Assembly: GCA_965204375.1 (NCBI GenBank)
Contig: OZ241986.1
Span: forward strand, 3,744,001-3,808,000
Direction of reading: 5' to 3'
Source: Candidatus Latescibacterota bacterium
Lineage (GTDB): Bacteria > Latescibacterota > UBA2968
Length of the DNA stretch: 64,000 nt
A model generated the notes under the pieces. It had not been told where the DNA came from, ran no database searches, and saw only the letters and a program-made list of their open reading frames with translations. The position numbers were made by a program, and so were the translations under genes. This document shows, in pieces, positions 38,800 through 50,238 of the stretch (its first letter is position 1; every line of letters begins with the position of its first letter).

Positions 38800-39517
38800 G
38801 ACATTCTCTAACTAATGATGGTGAATCCATGATCTTGCATTCCACATCAATGATTTCCTTTTTTTTCCAATCAACCAACACACGCAATGTGTCATCAGCC
38901 TTTCTTGGCTTCCAGCGATACTCAAAGACGCTTATGCCATTCATTTCAACAGCATCATACCCATAACTGCGTTCATTTCGGAGTGTGCGAATATAATCAT
39001 GGCGAGCAAAATAGGGTTGTGCATCTATATGCTTCACAATAGCTGGCAGATAATTTTCCATCAAAAGATTGGTACCTGGTATCGCACGAAATCCATAGCG
39101 TTTGTAAAGTGGAATTCCTTTTCGATTGAACGACCAGGTCGTAATTTCGATGCGTTTACAATCAGATCCACAGACAGTTCTCAAACACGCATCCCCCAGT
39201 GCCAGTCCAAAAGTTCCGCGCCTCTGAAAATCAGGATGGGTTTCTACATGAGAAAAAATGAGCACACCAGACTCAGATTTCTTCTGAGTTATTTTCATGG
39301 ATGAAATGATCCGGTGATTTCGCTTGAGTAAATAGATGACCGAGTGCTCTAAGTTGCTCAAGTCCTCAATAATTTCTTCACAAGTAGGCAGGCATTCAGA
39401 GTTGGGCTGTCTTTGAAAAGCATTTGAAGACAAGGACCAGTGTTGTGTCTGAATATCTCTCAAAAAGGTAGCATAGTGATGTAAATCGTTTTTGCTTAAG
39501 GGATGAATTTGAAACAT
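38792..39517 (-). CDS. GNAT family N-acyltransferase
   Basis: THPDFQRRG acyl-CoA motif and TWSFN..GIPLYKRYGF. Start ATG 39517 chosen because it avoids overlap with the CPBP gene. Confidence 0.85.
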   Translation of the reverse strand: MFQIHPLSKNDLHHYATFLRDIQTQHWSLSSNAFQRQPNSECLPTCEEIIEDLSNLEHSVIYLLKRNHRIISSMKITQKKSESGVLIFSHVETHPDFQRRGTFGLALGDACLRTVCGSDCKRIEITTWSFNRKGIPLYKRYGFRAIPGTNLLMENYLPAIVKHIDAQPYFARHDYIRTLRNERSYGYDAVEMNGISVFEYRWKPRKADDTLRVLVDWKKKEIIDVECKIMDSPSLVRECHV

Positions 39518-39542
39518 CTTTTTTCTTTCAAAAATGTAAAAA

Positions 39543-40283
39543 TCACTTGCCGACGATATAGCCGCCATACAGAAATCCAAGAAGAGGTGTAATAGTGACA
39601 TTAATATTTGCAGAACTATGAAAAGCCATACATAATAGAAGACTGCGCTTAGATTCGTAGAGATAGGTTAAAAAACAGGCAAGCACTGTCAATGTGATCA
39701 AGTGCAACAAAAATAAGTCCCAATAACCCTCTATGATATAAGGCCATAAACGCTTATGTCGAAAAACAAAGATTGAAATACTAATGACATAAGCCTTAAA
39801 TTTTCCATATTTTGTCCTGATCGTTCCGTAAAGCAGACCTCTGAAAAGAAGCTCTTCTTCAATTGGTGCTAATATAACCCCTCCAATAAAAAGCCATAGA
39901 TACTGAAAAACAAAATCTGGCGGTTGGGCACCGAAGCCTTCCCAAAAATTAAGGGGTAAATAATACGCTGTTAGACCTATACCTGCATATATCCAGAAGA
40001 AGAATACGCGTTTAGGGGGAATAGCATAATACACCATTTTCTTTAACTCAAACCGTCCGAATTGAATCAAAACAAAAAGCACTAAGAGAAGATGCATTCC
40101 TTGCATAAGTACATTCACGAAACCCCTTGGTGGCGATACAAGTCTCCACACAATCACACCTTCCAGGATAATTAAACAAGACCAGATCAAACCTTTTGCC
40201 AAAGGCACCTGAAGTGCTGGCGGCCAGTTCTCTTGTATAGATTCCGTTTTAGAGGCTTCTTCAATTGATGATTCTGGAGCCAT
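39543..40283 (-). CDS. CPBP (Abi/CAAX-type II) intramembrane glutamic endopeptidase
   Basis: EELLFRG, FxxxH (FVFRH) and HSSAN motifs; multiple TM helices. Confidence 0.88.
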   Translation of the reverse strand: MAPESSIEEASKTESIQENWPPALQVPLAKGLIWSCLIILEGVIVWRLVSPPRGFVNVLMQGMHLLLVLFVLIQFGRFELKKMVYYAIPPKRVFFFWIYAGIGLTAYYLPLNFWEGFGAQPPDFVFQYLWLFIGGVILAPIEEELLFRGLLYGTIRTKYGKFKAYVISISIFVFRHKRLWPYIIEGYWDLFLLHLITLTVLACFLTYLYESKRSLLLCMAFHSSANINVTITPLLGFLYGGYIVGK

Positions 40284-40302
40284 AGAATAATTCCAATTCA
40301 GT

Positions 40303-40995
40303 TTAATCCAGTTTGTTGCTCAACATCTTAAAACTTTCGTCTGTCAATAAAAATTTGAAAGCCGGCTCTTTGTGAATTTCTTTTTTTCGGGCAGGATCCC
40401 ACTGGAGTGCTCTTTTTAAGCTTGAAAGAGTCTGTTCTTTATTTTTCATTGCTCCATATACCCGGGCTAAGTTATACCAGGTATTACCATCTTTGGGGTC
40501 CAGTTCAATTGACTGATCTAATGCTATGATTGCTTCGGATAATCTACCTGATTCCAGAAATACAACCCCTCTGTTGTTCCAGGCATTAGAATATTTGGTG
40601 TCAAGTTCTAAAGCGCGATCAAATGAAAGAAGTGCTTTATCCAACTCGCCCATTTTTCCCAAAACAGTACCTCGATTATTCCATAATATAGATGCTTGAG
40701 GTAGTATTTGAAGTGCCTGGTCATAAACTTTAAGTGCGTCTTGATTTTTTTCTTGTCCGCTATAAATCAAGCCAATAATGTTCCAGGCAACCTCATTTTC
40801 GGGATTTAATTTGACTACCTGTTGATAGACTTTCAAGGCTTCTTCAACGGCACCAATCTTCAAAAACTTGTTTCCTTTTTTTGACAAAATTTGAGCTTGT
40901 CCACGAGATTTATAAGGTTCGAAAATAAAATTCGCAAAATAATAGAAAGCAACGGCATGTACAAGGGGAAGGCACAGCAGCAGAAACTTTTTCAT
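40303..40995 (-). CDS. TPR repeat protein with N-terminal signal/anchor
   Basis: Tandem AWNNRG-type TPR repeats; hydrophobic N-terminus. Confidence 0.88.
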   Translation of the reverse strand: MKKFLLLCLPLVHAVAFYYFANFIFEPYKSRGQAQILSKKGNKFLKIGAVEEALKVYQQVVKLNPENEVAWNIIGLIYSGQEKNQDALKVYDQALQILPQASILWNNRGTVLGKMGELDKALLSFDRALELDTKYSNAWNNRGVVFLESGRLSEAIIALDQSIELDPKDGNTWYNLARVYGAMKNKEQTLSSLKRALQWDPARKKEIHKEPAFKFLLTDESFKMLSNKLD

Positions 40996-41043
40996 TACAG
41001 CATTCTTTCGTCTATCTGGACAGGGATAAGGGGAATCTGGGAT

Positions 41044-41072
41044 AAAATACTTGATTCATTAATTCATGTCAA
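41044..41072 (-). promoter_or_regulatory. Putative sigma70 promoter upstream of the TPR gene
   Basis: Minus strand TTGACA-N17-TATTTT. Confidence 0.55.
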
Positions 41073-41216
41073 CGCGCTGAGAATGTTAAAATGTATCGAC
41101 AAGAGCCTTCGGGGACTGAGAAAACTGCTCACGGCTTTCAGATTGGACAAAACCTGTGAACGATTATGCTTTTCACCATGCGCTGATAGTCAAAATTTAA
41201 CTTATCCTTGACAGAT

Positions 41217-41627
41217 TTAATGAGGCAAGCATTGAGGGCAATAACCAGAGTCCTGAGGGGGAGGGGTAGGCTCCCCCCCGGGGGGGAGAGGAATAGCTAT
41301 ATCAATTGACGCACCGGGCGCTGAAACATTGACCCTTAGAGTATCTACTTGTGTGCTATCACTAGCTGTTTCAATCCATATTGGTGAACTTAAATCAAAA
41401 GTGATGCGGTCACCAAGGTCTCCTGTAAGAGTCTGTGTCCATCCCCTCTCCGTTGTCTGCACACCCGTACTTGTAATTACAGCCGTACTATCTGTAGCAG
41501 TAGAGTCAGGATCTGCCGGTGTATTAGGCGGTGTATAAGGATCAGGCTCCTCGTCCTCACCAGAATAGGCAAGAACGTTTTCCAAACTGCCCATCCGTTG
41601 AGGTTTATGCAACTTTACAATTTTCAT
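41217..41627 (-). CDS. Putative RiPP-like precursor / secreted substrate (136 aa)
   Basis: Strong AAGGAG RBS. Basic leader MKIVKLHKPQRMGSLENVLAYSGE, then a Thr/Ser/Pro/Asp-rich body ending CPQCLPH. Lies directly downstream of the exporter. Confidence 0.7.
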   Translation of the reverse strand: MKIVKLHKPQRMGSLENVLAYSGEDEEPDPYTPPNTPADPDSTATDSTAVITSTGVQTTERGWTQTLTGDLGDRITFDLSSPIWIETASDSTQVDTLRVNVSAPGASIDIAIPLPPGGEPTPPPQDSGYCPQCLPH

Positions 41628-41682
41628 TGTGTTTCTCCTTTCAAAGAAGTGAGTACTACAGCCCCCGAAGGCCAGGTTTATA

Positions 41683-43398
41683 TCATATACTCGCTGTTTT
41701 TTCATACAAATGAGCATAAACTCCATCTTGCATGGCTAACCACTCGTGCGTTCCCCGCTCTGCAATCTGTCCCTCATCCAATACCACAATCTCATCTGCA
41801 TTTTGAATGGTTGAAAGCCGATGTGCGATGATGATGGTTGTCCTACCTTGTCGCACGGTTTTCAATGCTTCTTGAATGTGATATTCAGACTCCATATCCA
41901 ATGCGGCAGTGGGTTCATCTAAAATCAAGATGGGTGTGTCCATCAACAGCACACGCGATAGGGCAATGCGCTGTTTCTGTCCTTCTGACATCTGCGCGCC
42001 CTGTTCACCCACCAGTGTTTCATATCCTTCGGGCAATGAAGCGACAAAGTCGTGGATGTACGCAGCCTGTGTCGCAGCCTGAACATCTCGCAAAGGTATG
42101 TCGTGTCCAAAGGTCAGGTTGTCTAAAATACTGCCCTGAAACAAGGTGCTGCCCTGCATGGCAAATCCCACCTGTTGCCGAATGGATTTCAAGCGATAGT
42201 TCCGAATATCGTACCCATCAATAGACACATATCCCTCTTGCGGGTCGTAAAATCTCGGGATCAATTTGGCAAGCGTTGATTTGCCAGATCCACTCTTGCC
42301 AACCAGTGCAATGGTGGCTTGCGCAGGGATGTGCAGGTCAATATGGCGCAAAACGGGTTGATCTTCTTGGTACGAAAAACACACATTGTGAAAACCGATC
42401 TCACCACGCACCTGAGGCAATGCAGGCATATCGGAACGATCCTGGATTTCGGGTCTCAAGTCATAGACTTCAAAAAACCTATTGATGCGAACCAATGCCA
42501 TTTCAACCTGTCCCACAAGGCCGATGAGATTGCCGATTGGACCGTAGAGATAACCCACATACCCCGAAAAAGCCATATAACTGCCCAGAGAGAGATTGCC
42601 CGATAGAACTTGTGTCCAGCCATACCAGCCATAAGCCAAGGTGCCTGCTGTTTTTACCAACGCCCCTACAAATCCAAATCCACCACTTAAATGCGTTGAC
42701 CGGATTCGCAATTTTGCAACATTGAGAAAAATGTCTCTGAGCTTGTGATAAAACGCGGCTTCCAGTCCCAGTGCTTGCACGGTGCGAATGCCCGAAAGCG
42801 ATTCGTAGGACTTGGCCGATAATTCGGCAGATGCTTCGGTCAATTTTTTAGAAACCCTGCTAAGGTATTTTTTTGACACAATAATCAATACGGTATCAAA
42901 AGGCAGTACCGCCAGACTGAGTAAGGCGAGTTTCCAATTGATGTAGAGCAAAATGGGCGGAAAAATGAGCAACTGAAGCGTGTTCATAATCAAACTGTTC
43001 ACCATCCCAATGGTACTGCCGATGGATCTGTCCATATCCCTGAAGCGAGACAGGATTTCACCCGTCTGCCGATTGTCAAAAAAGCTGAAGTCCTGTGATT
43101 GCACATGGGAGTAGAATCGAGATTTGAAATCCAGCCCCATGTTGACACCCACATAACGCGCAAAATAAGTGCTTAACAATCTTGTAAAACCCAACCCCGT
43201 CGAGAGTACAGCACCTATAATCAGGATAAAGGTCAGGAGTGTGGAGTCTTTGTGGGGATACACGTCATCAATCAAAACCTTGGTGATGTATGGCCCTGGA
43301 ATTTGCAAGAACATGACCATGATGCCCACGAGAAGAGACTGAAAGATAAACCGCCAGTAAGGACGGAGCATTTTGATGATTTTGAGTATCTGACGCAC
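41683..43398 (-). CDS. ABC exporter, fused permease/ATPase (no C39 peptidase domain)
   Basis: TM domain, GKSGSGKST, signature MSEGQKQR, ILILDE and IAHR motifs. Confidence 0.92.
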   Translation of the reverse strand: MRQILKIIKMLRPYWRFIFQSLLVGIMVMFLQIPGPYITKVLIDDVYPHKDSTLLTFILIIGAVLSTGLGFTRLLSTYFARYVGVNMGLDFKSRFYSHVQSQDFSFFDNRQTGEILSRFRDMDRSIGSTIGMVNSLIMNTLQLLIFPPILLYINWKLALLSLAVLPFDTVLIIVSKKYLSRVSKKLTEASAELSAKSYESLSGIRTVQALGLEAAFYHKLRDIFLNVAKLRIRSTHLSGGFGFVGALVKTAGTLAYGWYGWTQVLSGNLSLGSYMAFSGYVGYLYGPIGNLIGLVGQVEMALVRINRFFEVYDLRPEIQDRSDMPALPQVRGEIGFHNVCFSYQEDQPVLRHIDLHIPAQATIALVGKSGSGKSTLAKLIPRFYDPQEGYVSIDGYDIRNYRLKSIRQQVGFAMQGSTLFQGSILDNLTFGHDIPLRDVQAATQAAYIHDFVASLPEGYETLVGEQGAQMSEGQKQRIALSRVLLMDTPILILDEPTAALDMESEYHIQEALKTVRQGRTTIIIAHRLSTIQNADEIVVLDEGQIAERGTHEWLAMQDGVYAHLYEKTASI

Positions 43399-43400
43399 AT

Positions 43401-44681
43401 TCAGTTCCTGGTCTGTACGTTTTCGAAAGATTCTTCCAACCGATAAATCTCAGGGTGCCCAATTTTGCCCACGGTTTTCAAAAACTTCTTCCACAGCAAG
43501 TCAACGATGGGACCGCGCTCTGTCACGATCTTGGCTTCCACACCCATGCCATAAGCAAGCGGACATTCTCCGTCAGATAAATGAGGATCTATCACGCTGA
43601 TCTTCACCGGATATATAGTACTCATACCGCCCGGTACAAGACCGGCACCCATAGGTGTGATAGGTTCGGGTTTTCTCGGTACGTCTGTCACCCTTCCCTC
43701 AAAAATCTTGTATTCCATGTGGGGAAAAGCATTCACATATATCCGCACCTTATGTCCTTCTTTCACCTTTGGGATATCCACTTCTTGGATCATCACCTCA
43801 GCTTGCCAACTGTGCAATTCGGCCAACTCAATCACTGCTTCACCCGCCTCAATGCGGTCGCCCTCGCGCTTGTCCAAATCGCGCGTCAACACAGTTCCAG
43901 AAACAGGCGCGTATATCTTCATCTGTTCCAGACGTGTTTTGACAAGACGATGGCTGACCTGTAATTTTTCGTACGTCTGTTTTAACATCTCAAGTTCCTG
44001 CTTGCGAGTGTCCAGAGCAGCCAATCGCCGTTTTGTCCGCTCAATTTCTACTTCTGCATGCTGCACTCGCGTCTGATGTACTCGAATGGGAATCAACGTA
44101 TCAACAGGCGGCCGCACACTCCCATCCTCGCGATAAGGCGCGTATTTACGATAGATCTGGTATTCCTGCCGAACCTGTTCCAATTGTAACTGCGCGGTCT
44201 CGTATTCCACTTCAGCACGCGCAATCTCTGTCTCCAAAACAGCACGCTCGCGTTGCAATTCTGCGACCAGAGCCACACGCCGACTTTGATTCATCGCCAG
44301 TTCATGTTCGAGTTGCTCCAATTCCGTGCGTAAATCGGTATCATCCAATGTCAGCATCAAATCACCCTGTTCGATCTCTCGTCCGTGTTGCACATGAACC
44401 GTTTGGATCAAGCCTGATCGTTGCACTTTCACTTCATAACGCGCAGTGGGCTGCAAACGACCTTGTCCTGCAACCGTTATTTCCATGCCCAGATGCCAGC
44501 CCAAAAGACCAATCAGCGCGACCATGCTTCCCACAACGCACAAAATGGTGAGCAAGAAATAGCGCACAAACCGAAACCCAATCCCCGAAGTTGGTAGGGC
44601 TTCCTGTGCCTCTGTGTTTTCCAAAGACACTTCTTTTTGGGGATAACCATTAAATCTTACAACCTGTTCACTATGTGCCAT
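43401..44681 (-). CDS. HlyD family membrane fusion protein
   Basis: Single N-terminal TM, lipoyl-like halves (IYAPVSG), long coiled coil, AFP..EY..FEG.V and GM...AKI motifs. Confidence 0.9.
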   Translation of the reverse strand: MAHSEQVVRFNGYPQKEVSLENTEAQEALPTSGIGFRFVRYFLLTILCVVGSMVALIGLLGWHLGMEITVAGQGRLQPTARYEVKVQRSGLIQTVHVQHGREIEQGDLMLTLDDTDLRTELEQLEHELAMNQSRRVALVAELQRERAVLETEIARAEVEYETAQLQLEQVRQEYQIYRKYAPYREDGSVRPPVDTLIPIRVHQTRVQHAEVEIERTKRRLAALDTRKQELEMLKQTYEKLQVSHRLVKTRLEQMKIYAPVSGTVLTRDLDKREGDRIEAGEAVIELAELHSWQAEVMIQEVDIPKVKEGHKVRIYVNAFPHMEYKIFEGRVTDVPRKPEPITPMGAGLVPGGMSTIYPVKISVIDPHLSDGECPLAYGMGVEAKIVTERGPIVDLLWKKFLKTVGKIGHPEIYRLEESFENVQTRN

Positions 44682-44732
44682 AACTCAGCCCACTGTTAAA
44701 AGTGAATTAGACCAGGCGAATGCACATTCAAC

Positions 44733-45452
44733 TCAAACATCTTCCGAAAACGCCTGAATTTCTCCGCGCATAACTTTTGTGCGGTACTCGGTAGGCGGCA
44801 TTCCGTGTATGGTCTTAAAAGCCTCGCGCAAACGATTTGATGAAAGAAACCCGCATGCACTTGCAATTTCATAAACGAATATTGAAGGTTCTTTTATCAA
44901 ATGCTGTGCTCGTGAAACCCTGATCTCCCTCAATTTTTCTGAGAAAGTCTTGCCCACATGTTTTTTGAACAGTTTGCAACCGTGCGACCTGGAAAACCCG
45001 AAATGGTTCATGACGTCATCAAAGCTCAGTCCTGGATCGCTGTAATGCTCCTCCAAAAACGACTCAAAACTCCTTTTTATCCAATCAGGAGAAGGCATAA
45101 ATTTTTTGACCTTCGCCAAAAATTTATCCTTGCAGATCGGTTTATCCAGCATGCCTACAGCTCCCAGCTTGAACATTCTTTCTGTTGATTCCAGGCGTTC
45201 AGTCCCTCCTATAATCAGGACATTTGTTTGAATTTTCTCGACCTTTAGACAAGCCAAAAGAGATATCGCATCGAGGTCTCTTATATCTTTGTCAACCACA
45301 GCGAGATCGATCTTCTCGCGTCTCAAAGTTTTAAACCCTGCTACCCCATCTCTCGCTGTGAATACATCGTAAAGTTCATCGCTCAAGTATTCACAAAGAG
45401 CCGATATAGCACAGGAGTCGCGATCTACAATCAGAACCTTCTGCTCGCTCAT
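44733..45452 (-). CDS. Receiver domain - AraC family transcription regulator
   Basis: KVLIVD...DLAVVD...DKP receiver; FKKHVG.TF...R...A, EIA..CGF and FK..HG..P.EYR AraC HTH. GGAG RBS before ATG 45452. Confidence 0.88.
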   Translation of the reverse strand: MSEQKVLIVDRDSCAISALCEYLSDELYDVFTARDGVAGFKTLRREKIDLAVVDKDIRDLDAISLLACLKVEKIQTNVLIIGGTERLESTERMFKLGAVGMLDKPICKDKFLAKVKKFMPSPDWIKRSFESFLEEHYSDPGLSFDDVMNHFGFSRSHGCKLFKKHVGKTFSEKLREIRVSRAQHLIKEPSIFVYEIASACGFLSSNRLREAFKTIHGMPPTEYRTKVMRGEIQAFSEDV

Positions 45453-45523
45453 ATTTGTCTCCGTACGCCAAAAATTTCTACACCCATATTCAAAACATGC
45501 GCCTTGCACTTAGACAGATATAC

Positions 45524-45539
45524 GCAACCTGTGTGCCAA
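45524..45539 (-). promoter_or_regulatory. Sigma54 (-24/-12) promoter of the cluster
   Basis: Minus strand TTGGCACACAGGTTGC = GG-N10-GC consensus, 72 nt upstream of the regulator ATG, with an AT-rich tract further upstream. Confidence 0.7.
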
Positions 45540-45704
45540 CGTGATCTTTTTAAAGAAAAATGTTTGTAAACCATTATTTTCATTGCGTATAGAATTATTA
45601 TCGCGCAAAATTTAGACCGGATATCGCATTAACAAAGTGAAACCATTGTTCACCTGTCCCTGAACAACTTGACGCCCTTTGCACCTCATGCGCTTTAATT
45701 CGCA

Positions 45705-45733
45705 TTGACAATCGCGCCTGGGGTCGCTACATT
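45705..45733 (+). promoter_or_regulatory. Near-consensus sigma70 promoter with no downstream CDS
   Basis: TTGACA-N17-TACATT. Confidence 0.65.
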
Positions 45734-45739
45734 AGTTCA

Positions 45740-45816
45740 GCTTTCTCAAGTTACCAGCTTGAGATATTTACCGCCGCTGACAGATGACTTAGCCGAGTCT
45801 TGTCAGCGGCTCTTTT
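45740..45816 (+). ncRNA. Candidate small RNA (two hairpins, U-tract end)
   Basis: Hairpin TCTCAAG-TTACCAG-CTTGAGA, then hairpin GCCGCTGACA...TGTCAGCGGC followed by TCTTTT, directly after the promoter. Confidence 0.45.
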
Positions 45817-45918
45817 ATGATAATACTGTCACGCCTGTAAATTCAACTCAAAAAGTCCCCGCGTATTTGTGATTTCCACCGCGTATTTCTGTTTTTTTTA
45901 ATTTTGAGGTTAGTACAT

Positions 45919-45956
45919 AAAAAAACTGTGAATGGATTATTTTCCCATCCACAGTT
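45919..45956 (-). terminator. Putative intrinsic terminator of the YceI gene
   Basis: Stem AACTGTGAATGG / CCATCCACAGTT followed by T7 on the minus strand. Confidence 0.55.
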
Positions 45957-45964
45957 CGCAAACA

Positions 45965-46023
45965 CTGGATCGCGACTCAACATCATGCCGCGATGACGGG
46001 CGAGGCATGCCTTGCCCCTACGG
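45965..46023. repeat. REP-like palindrome pair
   Basis: CTGGATCGCG..CCGCGATGACG followed by GGGCGAGGCATGCCTTGCCCCTAC. Confidence 0.75.
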
Positions 46024-46037
46024 TTGTATCTCATGTC

Positions 46038-46697
46038 TCACCGCCTTGTAGAACCAAAAAAATTTGTCTTCAAATCGATCTTCTTCCCAACCCGGTTACC
46101 CACCAGCCCGCGCGCACCTGCAATATCAAAATCCTTCAACGCAATCTCAAACTCGCCCTTCACCACAAAAAAATCCCCTGGCGCGCGCTTCTTTGTCTGC
46201 TCTGACGCCAGCAAATACGTCGCCTCAAAGGGAATCTCCATCTCCTTATCCACCCCGTGCAGTGAAAACGTCCCCATAGCCAAACCCTTAATCACAGCCC
46301 TATCTTCTTCTGCCTCCACAGACACATCCTTCAACCCCGCAAACTCAAACCCAATCACCGGAAACTGTTTTTCATCCAACCAATCCGCGCTATGCAAATG
46401 CGCGTCGCGCTTCTCGATACCCGTCTCCATACTCGCAACCTGCACCTCAATCTTCCCCGTCATACCCTCCACATTTGCCGGATCCAGTTTCAACTCACCC
46501 GAAATCCCCGACGCTGTACCGTGGATCTCCTCCAGCGGAGCCGAACTCACAAACTGAATCTGATTCTTACCCACCTCATTGCGCAACACAATCGTCTGAA
46601 CACCCTCAACCGGCAACCCCAATGACGTCTCTGCACAGACCTGCTGCACTGCAACACACCCGATGAATAATAAACCAATGATCCATCGCATATTCAT
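46038..46697 (-). CDS. YceI family protein (secreted, lipid/polyisoprenoid-binding)
   Basis: Signal peptide; S..TG...RD.HL...DW, FP.I.F, G.FSLHGV.K and DF.I motifs. Confidence 0.88.
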   Translation of the reverse strand: MNMRWIIGLLFIGCVAVQQVCAETSLGLPVEGVQTIVLRNEVGKNQIQFVSSAPLEEIHGTASGISGELKLDPANVEGMTGKIEVQVASMETGIEKRDAHLHSADWLDEKQFPVIGFEFAGLKDVSVEAEEDRAVIKGLAMGTFSLHGVDKEMEIPFEATYLLASEQTKKRAPGDFFVVKGEFEIALKDFDIAGARGLVGNRVGKKIDLKTNFFGSTRR

Positions 46698-46730
46698 ACT
46701 CTGTCTCCTTCTCTAATAATACTCAAATGA

Positions 46731-49347
<2,617 letters not shown>

Positions 49348-49368
<21 letters not shown>

Positions 49369-50238
49369 TATCACACGCAACAACACCTCTGTCGTCGTCA
49401 GCAGATCCAGCGCATTGTGATGCAAAATATCGCGCATTTGCACGGCATTTCCCGACTTTACAAACCGGTGATACGCATTGGGGATCTCCGCACCTGGAAT
49501 ATCGCCTTGCCGGGTGCGGCGGCAAATATATTGTTCCAGAGTCTGCAACTTGCAATTGGGCAACTGCCTGCCCCATATACGACGTCCCACATGCAACATA
49601 TCGATATGCGCCTGTCGCAGCCGAAACGGCACACCCATAAACAAACACCGGTCGCGGATATAGGGCAAATCATACGACTTGCCATTAAAGCTGACAATCA
49701 CCTGTGAAGCATCCAACATGGTGACGAAATGCGACAACAACGCAGCCTCTTCCGTATAATCTCGCGCCAGCAACTGCACAACGCGCAAATCGCCATCAAA
49801 ATGCCCCAACACACCGACCAAAAACAGCGGCGTACCAGCCGTCAACCCCGTCGTCTCGATATCGACGTAAATCACATCTTCGGCGCGTGCATCAATCAAA
49901 GAATGAAATGTATCATACGGATCATGCGGCACATTGCCCTCATGTAACGCACCAATCGCGCGTTCGTATCGCGCGCCAAACGCGCGCCCACCACCGCGCA
50001 GAACCTCTTGAACAGCCTGATCAATCAGCAAAAATGTGCCAGCGGGCGTATGAATCTCCTCGCCCTGCGTCACCTCGTCCAGCGAGAGATGCAATCGCGC
50101 ATCGGACGCAGTAGCCATCACGCGCAACGCACCGGGATCGGGCGCACGTCTCTCTTCGGCTTTAGAAACCTCATCTGCGTGTTTCAAATCGCGGCGATTG
50201 AGCGCGGCGATGCGTTTTCTCATCTCATCAGAAATCAT
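49348..50238 (-). CDS. YprB-like ribonuclease H-like (DEDD) domain protein
   Basis: VDIETTGL, SFNGKSYDLP, HIDML, DIPG.EIP and HNALD motifs. Confidence 0.88.

Noticed and set aside
41220-41240. Heme c binding motif in the precursor tail (CPQCLPH)
   Set aside because: It is CxxCxxH, not CxxCH, and the protein has no Sec signal.
35551-45452. Classification as a lanthipeptide, ranthipeptide/sactipeptide or PKS/NRPS cluster
   Set aside because: No LanB/C/M, YcaO, radical SAM (CxxxCxxC), KS or adenylation domain is visible in any ORF.
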